IMG/VR virus record: IMGVR_UViG_2859725622_000004
Coordinates: 23,370-87,369 of that record
Origin: a virus
Lineage: Duplodnaviria > Caudoviricetes
Strand: one strand, 5' to 3'
DNA length: 64,000 nt
The position numbers were made by a program, and so were the translations under genes. Shown in pieces: positions 34,661-44,181 of this stretch. The notes beneath the pieces were generated by a model. That model was not told the DNA's origin. It did no database searches and worked only from the letters and a program-made list of their open reading frames with translations. Each line of letters opens with the position of its first letter. The first letter of the stretch is position 1.

Positions 34661-35584
34661 TTATTCCTCAGCCCACGGATAGCCTCGTTCAGCCATTTTT
34701 TTTCGTTCCTCTTTGAGCTTTTCGATAATTGAAGGGGCTAACGGCTTACCTTTGTCGTCAACCAGCGTTTCAACCTGGCTGCAATGGCAGTTGATTGAGT
34801 TACCGTTAATGGAGTACCAGTCGCGAACCTCTTCGACGGTGTACAGATGTGAATGCCGTGCTGCGTGTGTCCTGCGTGTGGTAGGCAATAATGCAGAGAT
34901 ATGAACGAGCATTGTTTTCAGTCCAAGGCTCTGCGCATCTTCTGCCTCTTCCCATCTCGCCCGCCTCAATGCGCCTGGTATTTCTGTTTGCGCTATGCGA
35001 TTAGCTCGCCGCGTTTCAATACCGACTTGGTCACGCAGGTTACGTCTAACCTCTCTCGGATTAAGTCCTCGCCCTATTCCATCGGTGAGAACTCTAGCCA
35101 TTTGCTGCTTGGTTTTAGCTGTAAACCCCTTCATCTCTTCAAATACTCGCGCATAAGTCAGAGCCATGCGGCGCTGGTACGGAGTACTTAATAGAATGGC
35201 TTGCAGAGATTCGCGACTGGCGGCGTATGTTGCTGATTGCTGGCTAAGGTTGACGTATGCCTGATTTGTACCTCGTATCGCAGCAGGCTCGACATAATCC
35301 TCAGAAAACCACAGATAGTTTTGTCCGCCTTCCAATAGAACAGCATCGACGAGAACACTCGCATCGTTCAGCACGATGTTGAGTAGTAGCGGGTCGAGTT
35401 GGTATTCATATCTGCGATTGACTGCGGGTGAGGCGGGGAATCTATCAAGTGCGTCGGTGTATGCTTTCTGAACCTTCTTTAGCCGCCTGGCAAAATCAGC
35501 CATCGCCTTTCGCTCTAAAGAACTTAACCCGGTCGGGTCACTCTTATTCTTCGGTATTATCGCCGGTTTCGGTTTCGCGGCCAT
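34661..35584 (-). CDS. Head morphogenesis protein (SPP1 gp7/Mu gpF-like)
   Basis: RANRIAQTEI...TTRRTH...NCHCS. Confidence 0.85.
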   Translation of the reverse strand: MAAKPKPAIIPKNKSDPTGLSSLERKAMADFARRLKKVQKAYTDALDRFPASPAVNRRYEYQLDPLLLNIVLNDASVLVDAVLLEGGQNYLWFSEDYVEPAAIRGTNQAYVNLSQQSATYAASRESLQAILLSTPYQRRMALTYARVFEEMKGFTAKTKQQMARVLTDGIGRGLNPREVRRNLRDQVGIETRRANRIAQTEIPGALRRARWEEAEDAQSLGLKTMLVHISALLPTTRRTHAARHSHLYTVEEVRDWYSINGNSINCHCSQVETLVDDKGKPLAPSIIEKLKEERKKMAERGYPWAEE

Positions 35585-36914
35585 CGTCAGTCTCTCCTAA
35601 TGGTTCTATACCATCCGGCTCGTAACCTGCCGCAACGCGAATCTCTTCACCACTAAATACCGCCTCGCCGGTTGACATTGATGTGCTATTGATTTGAGAC
35701 ATCTTCACAGCGCTGTCCAATTTCTCAGATGCTGTTTGCTCGTTCAGTTCATCCCAGATAACCGTTTTCATTGAAACTGAATCAATGATGCCAAGGTCGA
35801 TTAACTTGTTGCAGAAATCCTCGATATCAAATGACAGAGCGCGATTACGGCGGGATTGGCATCGCGTGTTGAAGTAACGATTATCTTCTGTGCTGGCCCG
35901 CTCACCTGTTTGTGACATAGCCAAGATTCGCGCAGGGATATCAACAGCAGATGAAGCAGTTTGTAGATTGACGTTATAGGTCGGTTCAGGGTCAGCAACT
36001 GCGGTAACAAGCGGCGTTACACTCGCACCCTGCGTCGTCAAAAGAACATCATTCCCGCGATTAATCTCAGTGGCCGCTTCGTTAAACTTATCCTGAAGCT
36101 CATCAACACTTACCCCATACAGGGAAGCGAGATTGCTAAAGTTAATTTCTTTTTCGAAGTTGAGATTAAGCTGCCTTGCTGCGTTCTTGAGGAATGACTC
36201 ACCAGACCCACCCTCAACCTTTTCTAAGCTAACAAAGGCGTTATATGCAGGCTCAAGGAATCCGATAGCGTCACGACTGTAATCACCCAAGATGAAAACG
36301 CGGTCAGGGTGAATCCTCACACGCCGACTTGCCCCGTTAGGGAGCATTTCGGTGTATTGCCACATCTTCGGATTGCCGTATGAGGTGGAATTAAGGTCAG
36401 TATCCCACTCAGCCGGAACTAATGAACCTGCCCATACAGGCGTTAGCTTCTCTAACCCGCGTCCTTTGACTACTGGCGTATTCCAGGCACCACTATCGCG
36501 GACATGAAGCAAAATCCCCGAATAGCGCCCAACCAAGCGACGTATGTCAGCATCAGCGAATTGTTGCCACAGGCGATTATTGAATACGGCTTTAAGGCTT
36601 TTTTCCCACGGAGTTACAGCGCCTGATTCGTCCTTTTTCTCACCCTCTATAATTTCTGGATTACTCAGCCAGCATGTACCAACAAGCTTGTTTACCGCGC
36701 CATGGGCGATACCACCACGGCGGTAGAGCTTGTACAGATCATCAAAGGTTAATTCCTCTTTGAATCCGTACTCACACCATGCGTTAGCACGTTTGGCGTC
36801 AAGGCCCATACCAGTATTGAGTAGTCCCATACGAGCGCGAGCCATGGCTGAATCACTGATTGCGCTGTTAATCTGCAATGCATGGTTAACAGCAAGCTGT
36901 AATTTGTCTGTCAT
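35544..36914 (-). CDS. Portal protein (DUF1073-like)
   Basis: 456 aa after terL; IHPDRV, DIPARIL motifs. Confidence 0.85.
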   Translation of the reverse strand: MTDKLQLAVNHALQINSAISDSAMARARMGLLNTGMGLDAKRANAWCEYGFKEELTFDDLYKLYRRGGIAHGAVNKLVGTCWLSNPEIIEGEKKDESGAVTPWEKSLKAVFNNRLWQQFADADIRRLVGRYSGILLHVRDSGAWNTPVVKGRGLEKLTPVWAGSLVPAEWDTDLNSTSYGNPKMWQYTEMLPNGASRRVRIHPDRVFILGDYSRDAIGFLEPAYNAFVSLEKVEGGSGESFLKNAARQLNLNFEKEINFSNLASLYGVSVDELQDKFNEAATEINRGNDVLLTTQGASVTPLVTAVADPEPTYNVNLQTASSAVDIPARILAMSQTGERASTEDNRYFNTRCQSRRNRALSFDIEDFCNKLIDLGIIDSVSMKTVIWDELNEQTASEKLDSAVKMSQINSTSMSTGEAVFSGEEIRVAAGYEPDGIEPLGETDDGRETETGDNTEE

Positions 36915-36944
36915 GCTGTTTCCATTCGTTGGTTGTTAAGCAAT

Positions 36945-36967
36945 AAAAAGGCCGCCTGAGCGACCTT
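36945..36967 (-). terminator. Intrinsic terminator after the tRNA-like RNA
   Basis: AAGGTCGC/GCGGCCTT stem plus T run on minus. Confidence 0.65.
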
Positions 36968-36974
36968 ATTGGAT

Positions 36975-37103
36975 TGGTGAGGTGACTGGACTCGAACCAG
37001 CACTCAGGATCGGCAAAAGCATCATGCCTAACCTGCTGGCGTTAACCAGTTGATGCATTACTCTACCCATCTAACCCGCAAGCGGGAATTGAGTTACACC
37101 TCA
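36975..37103 (-). ncRNA. 129-nt tRNA-like RNA with expanded D and anticodon arms
   Basis: TGAGGTG/CACCTCA acceptor stem + CCA, T8A9, ACTC/GAGT D stem, GCTGG-TTCGAGT-CCAGT T arm. Confidence 0.75.
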
Positions 37104-37111
37104 TTTTCAGT

Positions 37112-38431
37112 TTATCTACCCATTAGTCGCTTCGGAATCATCATGCCCATAGACTGCGGCTTATGTTTTATATATCCATCTAAACCGTAACGAACACCAT
37201 CCCAGCAGTGGTTGTTCTTGTCCTCGATCACTGGCAACACTTCGCCAGTAGTCCGGTCTGTTTTGTACGAATACAGCCTGGCCTCTTTTGCTGTCTCTTT
37301 GCAGCGAGGATGGATGATGATCTGCTTAAACCCACGAAGGCAGGTTATTCCGTCCTCAACGCTACCGGCCCACTTCTGAGCAGCGGCAATGTTGAAGCCT
37401 TGCGTCTTGATGTGGCTGATAGTCTCAGGCCGTGAGTTATCAGCCTTGATGGGCCACTTGCGAGCCTGTGGTATACCAGGGAACTTCGCCTCGTCAGTGA
37501 CCTTCCACTCTTCAAGCTGCTTAGGTTTGGCACCATCAACGCCAGCGTAGAATTTCCACATATCATCCAGCTCGACGCCGTGACCGTAAGCCTCGTATTC
37601 GATGTACAGATTGCTGTTGAGGATAAACATGCGGATAAGCGTGCTAGGGTCTTTCGCAAAGCCAAAGTCAGCACCGAACAGTAGTCGTTCTGATTGCTCC
37701 CACAGGTCATCAGCAAAGCTTTGGACGACGTACTTGTTCGCCAGCACTTGCTTGTCAGAGTTTTCAAGGTAAGCGCCTTCCCATATCCACGCGTAATCGG
37801 CATAGTCCAGGGTAGCTAAATCTTCGAGACGCTCCTCTTCAAGAACGTCAGGGAACCACGGATTGTCGCTGTAGTTCATTTCGACAATCATTGAATTTTT
37901 TGGCGGAGTTTTCCGGTAGCGTTTATCGGTCGCGCTGCCGTCTTTCTCTGGGTTCCACGTTACCCAGATTTCAGAATTATTCTCACGTACGGTGGGGCGG
38001 AGCTTTTTCCAGGCGATGTCCGATACAGACTCAGCTTCATCTACCCAGGCTACCAATATACGGGCCTTGGATTTAATGCTGTCTAGGTTATGGCGCAGGC
38101 CGCAGAACACGTAACTCACGCACCTGTTTTTGGTACGAATGTATTTCTCGCCAATGTCGAAGTAATCATCCAGCCATGGAACGGAGCGGATTGCCTGCTT
38201 CACCTCTTCCATAGAGGACTCTTCGAGCGAGTTCATATACTCGCGAGCGCAGAGAATAACGCCGCTTATGCCTGACTCGGCTGCCTGGTAAGCCTTAATC
38301 GCAGTCATCAACGCAAATGTGCGTGTCTTCGCGGAACCACGCCCGCCGTATGCGCCACGGTAACGAACGCCTTCAGTGGCGAATACAGGTACTAACTTAG
38401 CGGGGATTTGGAGATCAACTTGGCTTTCCAT
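37112..38431 (-). CDS. terL: Terminase large subunit, PBSX family
   Basis: GGRGSAKT Walker A, WVDEAE Walker B, GADFGF and NHCWDGVRY nuclease motifs. Confidence 0.95.
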   Translation of the reverse strand: MESQVDLQIPAKLVPVFATEGVRYRGAYGGRGSAKTRTFALMTAIKAYQAAESGISGVILCAREYMNSLEESSMEEVKQAIRSVPWLDDYFDIGEKYIRTKNRCVSYVFCGLRHNLDSIKSKARILVAWVDEAESVSDIAWKKLRPTVRENNSEIWVTWNPEKDGSATDKRYRKTPPKNSMIVEMNYSDNPWFPDVLEEERLEDLATLDYADYAWIWEGAYLENSDKQVLANKYVVQSFADDLWEQSERLLFGADFGFAKDPSTLIRMFILNSNLYIEYEAYGHGVELDDMWKFYAGVDGAKPKQLEEWKVTDEAKFPGIPQARKWPIKADNSRPETISHIKTQGFNIAAAQKWAGSVEDGITCLRGFKQIIIHPRCKETAKEARLYSYKTDRTTGEVLPVIEDKNNHCWDGVRYGLDGYIKHKPQSMGMMIPKRLMGR

Positions 38432-38882
38432 TTAATGGCTCGACCCCTACCAATCTGATTGTTGTTGGCTTTGGTGCCATACTGCCGTCAGATGACGTGT
38501 GATCTACCTTCTGGCGGTTGGTATAGGCATCGCCAACTTCTTTGGCCGCCTGCTCCATTAGCTGGGCTGTCATTCCGAAGTTCTTCATTTTTTCAGTGCT
38601 CGCCGCCATACGATTCAAGGCGCGGAGCCGGTACGCTTTATTAGCGATTGGAATATCAGATATTTCGGTTTGAAATCGAGTGCGAGTTGAGTTGAAAAGG
38701 TCTATCCATTTCTGCCCCAGATTCTTCGCGATGGCCTTTGTCGGGTCGTATGAAGAAACCTGCTGAAGAGTCAAGGTGAGGTTGAATTCTTGTTTCACCT
38801 GCGCGACCACTTGCGATGGTGTGTCATAGCAGGCCAAGGCTTGAACTATGAAGGCTTTGACCTCTGGTTTTAGTGCAGCCAT
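38415..38882 (-). CDS. terS: Terminase small subunit (DUF2280-like)
   Basis: Overlaps terL start; FIVQALACYDTPSQV, IPIANKAYRLR. Confidence 0.8.
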   Translation of the reverse strand: MAALKPEVKAFIVQALACYDTPSQVVAQVKQEFNLTLTLQQVSSYDPTKAIAKNLGQKWIDLFNSTRTRFQTEISDIPIANKAYRLRALNRMAASTEKMKNFGMTAQLMEQAAKEVGDAYTNRQKVDHTSSDGSMAPKPTTIRLVGVEPLNGKPS

Positions 38883-38915
38883 TGGCATCCTCCATGACTA
38901 ACGTAATGTAACTAA

Positions 38916-39551
38916 TCAGGCCAGTTTCAGCAGGCATGTTCCACACGCCCTGGCAACGTTAAGATGGGCTACCTCAGCAGGTTTGTTTGCCGCATCAATC
39001 ATTTCCTGTACTTCAATGCTCGCACCATATCTGCGAACTACACCGACAAACTCTTCAACGTCATGTCCGCGCAGTTTCAATGTCGGTTGCCCTTCTTTGT
39101 TGAACTTGGGTGCTCCGAATTCGTCCTTTGCGTGACTGATGTGATAAAGCTCATGTTCTATCAGCGCACAGAACTGGAGGTCAGAACATTGAGCGCAATA
39201 ATCAGCAGCCAGGGTAATGATGAATGTCGGTACATCGCCGAACCATTCGTACATCTGCTGTTCCATTCGGGCTTTTTGCCAGCCGCCAGCTCTCATTGCT
39301 ACCTGCTCAGCTTGACCAAGAACAGTGCGACCCTGCTTTTCAAACGCAGATGATGCCCACATGATTTTTATGTCAGCGTCAATTAAGTGTCCGTGGTCGG
39401 GATTGTGTAGCTCGCCTTCGTCACTGAGTATTTGGCTGTTAACCCACTCAAGAACTTCAGTGGCGGGGACTAATTCAATGTGCGGTCTGAACTCATTGAC
39501 GAATGACAATGGCGGATATGGCCGCTTCATTTGTGTGTCTGAATTAGCCAT
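38916..39551 (-). CDS. Putative phage metallopeptidase
   Basis: LIEHELYH HExxH and HDVEEF. Confidence 0.8.
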   Translation of the reverse strand: MANSDTQMKRPYPPLSFVNEFRPHIELVPATEVLEWVNSQILSDEGELHNPDHGHLIDADIKIMWASSAFEKQGRTVLGQAEQVAMRAGGWQKARMEQQMYEWFGDVPTFIITLAADYCAQCSDLQFCALIEHELYHISHAKDEFGAPKFNKEGQPTLKLRGHDVEEFVGVVRRYGASIEVQEMIDAANKPAEVAHLNVARACGTCLLKLA

Positions 39552-39734
39552 AACAGAATATTCCACTGGTTGGTAAAGTCTCCCGCTCAGTAATGGTGAG
39601 ACCGACATGATTGCAAACATCTATAAGATTCTGTCAAAGGCACTTAATCAGCACATTTTGCAGAGTTTTATAAATTGAGAGCCGTTGTGAAAGTGGCTCT
39701 CAATTTTAGGTTTCTAATTTCACGCGGATTTTGC

Positions 39735-39905
39735 TTATTTCTTTGCCTGATTCTGATCTTCCGTCGCTAGTAGAACATCGAGAAGGACCTCAGCCTTCTC
39801 AACATTCGATAGGCCAATAGATATCCGGCCACAATTCAAATACTGGAAACCATCCTTCAAATAACGGCAGATAGTTTCCAGTTGCTGTTTCTCGCCGTTG
39901 GTCAT
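39735..39905 (-). CDS. Small hypothetical protein
   Basis: Hand-translated 56 aa MTNGEKQQLETICRYLKDG...; ATGA overlap with upstream gene. Confidence 0.5.
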   Translation of the reverse strand: MTNGEKQQLETICRYLKDGFQYLNCGRISIGLSNVEKAEVLLDVLLATEDQNQAKK

Positions 39906-40477
39906 GTTCGGGTTACCTTCCCTTTCCCTGTTTCAGCCAGCACGTAACAAATCAGCTCATTGGCTTCCTGAACCAGTGATTTGATCTTTGATACATGCCC
40001 CGCTTTCACACTCTTCCACTCATTAAGTCCGGTGCCGAACATGCTAGCAATGCGCTTATCATGCTTCATATCCGCACAAGCCTGGTTAAGTTCTTCCATG
40101 ATGCTTTGTTTGCGGGGATTGATTGCTACGCCTTTAGTCCAGTAGTCATGCAGAACAGCAAAACATTCCTCTTGATACTGGATCAGCTTGTCGCGAATGT
40201 CGGCACGTACTTTTGCGGGGTTAATGCTGAATAACCAGCCGTTAAGTTTGCGAATGGGGATACAGAGCATTTCCTGAACTCCGCCACGCGAAGGCATGGT
40301 CATATGACCACACCCATACTTTCCCTTTTGAGCTATTAATTTTCTATGCTGTGATTTCCAGTCCAGCCCGATAGCCTCAATAACAGGCTTCATTGCCACA
40401 TACTCAACACCGCCTTCACGGACAGTCGTCAGTTTGTCTCCATTAAATTCAATTTCTGTAATGACTGGATATTCCAT
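39902..40477 (-). CDS. P22 Ant N-terminal-domain (antirepressor-like) protein
   Basis: YVAMKPVIEAIGLDWKSQHRKL...CIPIRKLNGWLFSINPAKV..YQEECFAVLHDYW. Confidence 0.85.
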   Translation of the reverse strand: MEYPVITEIEFNGDKLTTVREGGVEYVAMKPVIEAIGLDWKSQHRKLIAQKGKYGCGHMTMPSRGGVQEMLCIPIRKLNGWLFSINPAKVRADIRDKLIQYQEECFAVLHDYWTKGVAINPRKQSIMEELNQACADMKHDKRIASMFGTGLNEWKSVKAGHVSKIKSLVQEANELICYVLAETGKGKVTRT

Positions 40478-40821
40478 TGTGTATTCCTTTTGGAAATGAC
40501 CCTCAGTGCCCAGAAATGACAGCCCATAGAAGCTCACCAGCTATACCGGCATTCCTCTGAGGCTCATTTCCAAACAGGATCTATGGTTGGTTACGCCGGG
40601 CGTGGCGTTAGATTTACTGCATAAAAAAAGCCCGACCTAAGTCGAGCCTTCTTATTCGACCTGCCGCTATAAAACGTCAGGTGATATGTGTGTTGTACTC
40701 AAATTGCGACAAGCGCGGCTTTGCGACTCCTCTCGGCGTTGCTACACCACTTATGGCTTACCCGTCAGCAAGATAAGCCCAGTGAAACAGGCAATCACCT
40801 CCATCGAGAGAAGATATCTAT

Positions 40822-41007
40822 TTAACCTTTCAAATACTCATCGGTATGGACATACAGTTCGCCGGTGAATAGTGTTGCGCTGCCTGCATCTACAACCACA
40901 GACGCATGAGGGTTGGCATTATCGTTTAGCCACTTAATTAATGGCTTAGCTGCATTTTCAAATGCGGATGAATCATAGGCAAAGGTAGGGCTGTTATCTT
41001 TTTCCAT
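40822..41007 (-). CDS. Small hypothetical phage protein
   Basis: FENAAKPLIKWLNDNANPH. Confidence 0.6.
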   Translation of the reverse strand: MEKDNSPTFAYDSSAFENAAKPLIKWLNDNANPHASVVVDAGSATLFTGELYVHTDEYLKG

Positions 41008-41022
41008 TTTGATTTCTCTTAT

Positions 41023-41481
41023 TTATTTCAGGCACACGTTATTGATATACGCCTGCAATCCGGTTATTTGGCTTGTGGCAATTCCGATACGCTCTCTGAG
41101 ACTGATATAATCCCGTTGAGCGGACTCAGTAAGTCTGGCGCTGGCATCATCAGGGATGCTGGCGGGGCCGGTGATTTCGGACACTGGCTTTGTGCATGTT
41201 GCGTTGAGTTGCAACCGCTTAGTGCCATTAGCGATATCAGCACGAAGGCGCTCGTTTTCAGATTTGGCATCTGCTAGTTCCTTGGTGTGTTTGATATCGA
41301 TGGCGGCTACTGCTTGACGCTGGGTTTCTATCTGGTCGAGAGTGGCTTGTTGCTGCTTGGCTACCGTGGTTAACTCGGATACATCACGATTGAGCGATTG
41401 CACTCGGTAGTGGTAGTAAGTTAGTCCAAACAGTGAAGCGATAAGCACGGCGACGAGAGCGGCGGTTAATTTCCCAGACAT
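41023..41481 (-). CDS. Rz: i-spanin Rz
   Basis: N-terminal TM, coiled coil, DASARLT..AQRDY..LRE..GLQAYI..C. Confidence 0.9.
   Translation of the reverse strand: MSGKLTAALVAVLIASLFGLTYYHYRVQSLNRDVSELTTVAKQQQATLDQIETQRQAVAAIDIKHTKELADAKSENERLRADIANGTKRLQLNATCTKPVSEITGPASIPDDASARLTESAQRDYISLRERIGIATSQITGLQAYINNVCLK
41064..41270 (-). CDS. Rz1: o-spanin Rz1, embedded in Rz
   Basis: Lipobox LSGC, Pro-rich body, alternate frame. Confidence 0.8.
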   Translation of the reverse strand: MPNLKTSAFVLISLMALSGCNSTQHAQSQCPKSPAPPASLMMPAPDLLSPLNGIISVSESVSELPQAK

Positions 41482-41978
41482 AGCGCCTTCTCCTTCTCGC
41501 GCCTAACAACCAGTCCGGGGAGCTGTTTCCCGCCACCATATGTCCAGCGAGGGAATTGATAACAGGCTTCAGTAAACTTCCCTTCTCGCAGCATTCGATA
41601 CATCGTTGATTTCTGCATCTGGGGGCAACCGGCATTAAAGGTGATCGACGTGACTGCATCAAACTGGCCTTGGTTCAACTTGTTGCCATTTCCGTATTTG
41701 TTCACGCAGGATTCAGCCTGAAGAATGTTCTTCTCCCAGTCTGCGGCGATCTGCTCATCAGACTTTCGGGCGCCCTGCTTAACACCATGTGTATTACCAA
41801 TGCCATCGGTCAGCACTCCGGCCGGACATACGTATGGGTCACGGCGGCATGATTCAGCATTACCAATAAGCTCTAAACCTTTCTCGCTAGTCCTAACCGT
41901 TCCGTTAGATACGACGATTGCAATAATGGCTGATATGGCACAGGCGGTACCGGTAGTGACGCGCTTTAGTGCTGACAT
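41466..41978 (-). CDS. SAR-type lysozyme endolysin (GH24)
   Basis: N-terminal weak TM, ESCRRDPYVCPAGVLTDGIGNT, LVVRREKEKALC. Confidence 0.92.
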   Translation of the reverse strand: MSALKRVTTGTACAISAIIAIVVSNGTVRTSEKGLELIGNAESCRRDPYVCPAGVLTDGIGNTHGVKQGARKSDEQIAADWEKNILQAESCVNKYGNGNKLNQGQFDAVTSITFNAGCPQMQKSTMYRMLREGKFTEACYQFPRWTYGGGKQLPGLVVRREKEKALCLGN

Positions 41979-42265
41979 TAATCAGCCTCCATTCTCTGCA
42001 AAGCCTCATTCACCACAGAGATTGCTTCAGGGTTAGTCTCGGCTGTCTTATCTTCCAAGAATTCACGAAGCAATTGAGTGCGCTTCTGCTCTTCCTTGAG
42101 TTGCGCATCCTTTTCACGCCGGTTCGCGTAATACGTTTTTATTGTGAACCAGGCACTAATCAAAGCGCCGACAATAAAAATGTAATCCTGAGTGCTCAAA
42201 ACAGAGAACGCGGCAAGTGACCCCGTCCACCAATACTGTAATTGGCTTGTGTCGTTCATTTTCAT
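41978..42265 (-). CDS. Holin (class II type) with Met-Lys-Met dual start
   Basis: Two hydrophobic segments, charged tail; starts 42265 and 42259. Confidence 0.8.
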   Translation of the reverse strand: MKMNDTSQLQYWWTGSLAAFSVLSTQDYIFIVGALISAWFTIKTYYANRREKDAQLKEEQKRTQLLREFLEDKTAETNPEAISVVNEALQRMEAD

Positions 42266-42457
42266 GACCCACCTCCCCATCCGGGGAATTATCTTCCCGG
42301 CGATTGGTCGGGTTCGTATGCTGTTATGTAGGGAATAGCTCCCGTCGTTTCCACTTTTCGCTAGAGGGTGTTTGCGTTTGATTGGTGTAGGCGGGAGCTA
42401 AATAAAAAAGGCCCACCGAAGTGAGCCTTAAAAGTTGGTATGCGCGAATGTAGAATG

Positions 42458-42486
42458 CAAAAAGCCCAAGGCGTTAACCTCGGGCT
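42458..42486 (-). terminator. tR'-like terminator
   Basis: AGCCCGAGG/CCTTGGGCT stem + T5. Confidence 0.75.
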
Positions 42487-42632
42487 CATAATTTTACCGA
42501 CCTCTCAGCCAGTGTGGTTGGAGTTCCAGACCTAAGTCGAAGTGACCAACTCGGCGGTATCTATGGTTAACAAGTGCCGCCGCAAAATCTTGTTTACCAA
42601 CTCAACGGATGCAATTACCACCGTTAGAGATG

Positions 42633-42661
42633 AATATAGTCCATTTTTCCGGTAAATGCAA
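42633..42661 (-). promoter_or_regulatory. Late promoter pR'
   Basis: TTGCAT-17 bp-TATATT directly downstream of Q. Confidence 0.75.
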
Positions 42662-42713
42662 GACTTTGTTTTTATAATGTCGCCATCCGTGGCAATCATG
42701 CTCCCATCGTGTT

Positions 42714-43538
42714 CTATCGGGTTACTTTTGCAAGCATTGAATCAGCCACGCCCTCTTCCATTAGGCATTTCGTTACCAGCAGCTCATAGAGCGGCTTAAA
42801 ACTCTCGTAGCATGTGCTGGATGCCAGTTCAGGAAGATGCTCTCTAATAGCCTCGTAGACGTCAGAAAACTTAAGCCGCGAATATCCACGACCTGAACAT
42901 TTCCCACAGGTTTTATAAACCGGAATCCCCTGTTGTTCTGATTTCTCTTTGTCCACCACAGTGCCTTTCCCATTACACCGGCATGAGTTTGAAACCACAC
43001 CTTTCCCGCCGCACGGTTTACATAGCAATTTTACTTTTTCACGCAGATCCCTATGAACTTCATACTCAGAAGGCCGGAATCCCTCAATTCCAAAGCTAAT
43101 TGAGCCTTTAACGATCTCCCTGTTGAATAGTGGCATTGAAGTTTTAGTCGTGAATACCTCTGACTCAGTAAACCCCTCCCCATTGCAACATTCACACTCG
43201 CGAACGCTGGCAGCACTACGCGCATAATCAGCAAACGCATATCTTGCGAGAGTTTGCACGACGCTTTGTTTAATATTCTTATCGAGCTTTGAGATTGCTT
43301 TGTATTGACTGGTTTCTTTCAATGCATACTGAGTTAGGCTTTCCACGGCGCTATCTGGACTACTGATACCTTGTTTCGCTAAAAACAGTTCAATCCCCAT
43401 CTTCGCTTTAAGGCCTGCCAGCCCAAGCGATGCCATAACATCGGTGATTGATAAAGAATCAGAAGCCGTGGCCCGTGGAGCGTCACTTATATGAAGGCTT
43501 TTAGGTGAGAAAAACTTTGGTAATGCTTCTAGTCTCAT
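42714..43538 (-). CDS. Q: Late antiterminator Q (zinc-finger type)
   Basis: MRLEALPKFFSPKS..., repeated CxxCxGxG motifs, end of nin region. Confidence 0.88.
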   Translation of the reverse strand: MRLEALPKFFSPKSLHISDAPRATASDSLSITDVMASLGLAGLKAKMGIELFLAKQGISSPDSAVESLTQYALKETSQYKAISKLDKNIKQSVVQTLARYAFADYARSAASVRECECCNGEGFTESEVFTTKTSMPLFNREIVKGSISFGIEGFRPSEYEVHRDLREKVKLLCKPCGGKGVVSNSCRCNGKGTVVDKEKSEQQGIPVYKTCGKCSGRGYSRLKFSDVYEAIREHLPELASSTCYESFKPLYELLVTKCLMEEGVADSMLAKVTR

Positions 43539-43894
43539 GCTGCCATCTCCTGAATGATTATCTTCCCAATTTCGCCCCACAACTTTGTTACCCGACCATC
43601 CCAAATACGACAGTCGTCTTCAAAAATGGCGTCAAGCAGCGCCTTTTCGAGGTTGTCTTTATCGGGTTTGGTTTGGTGTGGCTTGCCGTTCATTTCGGAG
43701 CGCTTCTTTTTGCTCCAGCTTGGTGGCATCGGGATTATGAAAGTTACGTGATAATGTGATTCAGGGAGGGATATTCGATTTAGCCTTACTTCATCGCAGA
43801 ATGCTCGGTATCGTAGAACTGGTGGTCTTTTCTTCCATTTATCACTCTGTGTCATCCTTGGTTTGGGTATGGGTGTTATGTGATATTCGGTCAT
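43535..43894 (-). CDS. rusA: RusA-family Holliday junction resolvase
   Basis: TKPDKDNLEKALLDAIFEDD. Confidence 0.92.
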   Translation of the reverse strand: MTEYHITPIPKPRMTQSDKWKKRPPVLRYRAFCDEVRLNRISLPESHYHVTFIIPMPPSWSKKKRSEMNGKPHQTKPDKDNLEKALLDAIFEDDCRIWDGRVTKLWGEIGKIIIQEMAA

Positions 43895-44181
43895 ATCTTC
43901 ACCTTATTCTCCGACAGTAGAATTGCCTGCGTTCTCACCATTCCCTCTAGGTGAGCCAAGTGCGCACTCTCGATGTCCATGATGTGCGTACGCCGGTCTA
44001 TTTCGTCATGGCACGCAGAGCAGCACCATGCGCCGAAAAGGTCAGGTGGCTTGATTCCGGTACCGCATATTCCCGATAGCCGGTAGTGGGCCAGCACTAC
44101 GGTTTCGTTATTACCGTTACAGATACCTGGTAACCTAACTTGGCACTCGCGGCCTCTAGCCTCTTTGCGTAAGTTCGCCAT
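43891..44181 (-). CDS. DUF1364-family protein
   Basis: LRKEARGRECQVRLPGICNG..TVVLAHYR..CSACHD. Confidence 0.85.
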   Translation of the reverse strand: MANLRKEARGRECQVRLPGICNGNNETVVLAHYRLSGICGTGIKPPDLFGAWCCSACHDEIDRRTHIMDIESAHLAHLEGMVRTQAILLSENKVKI

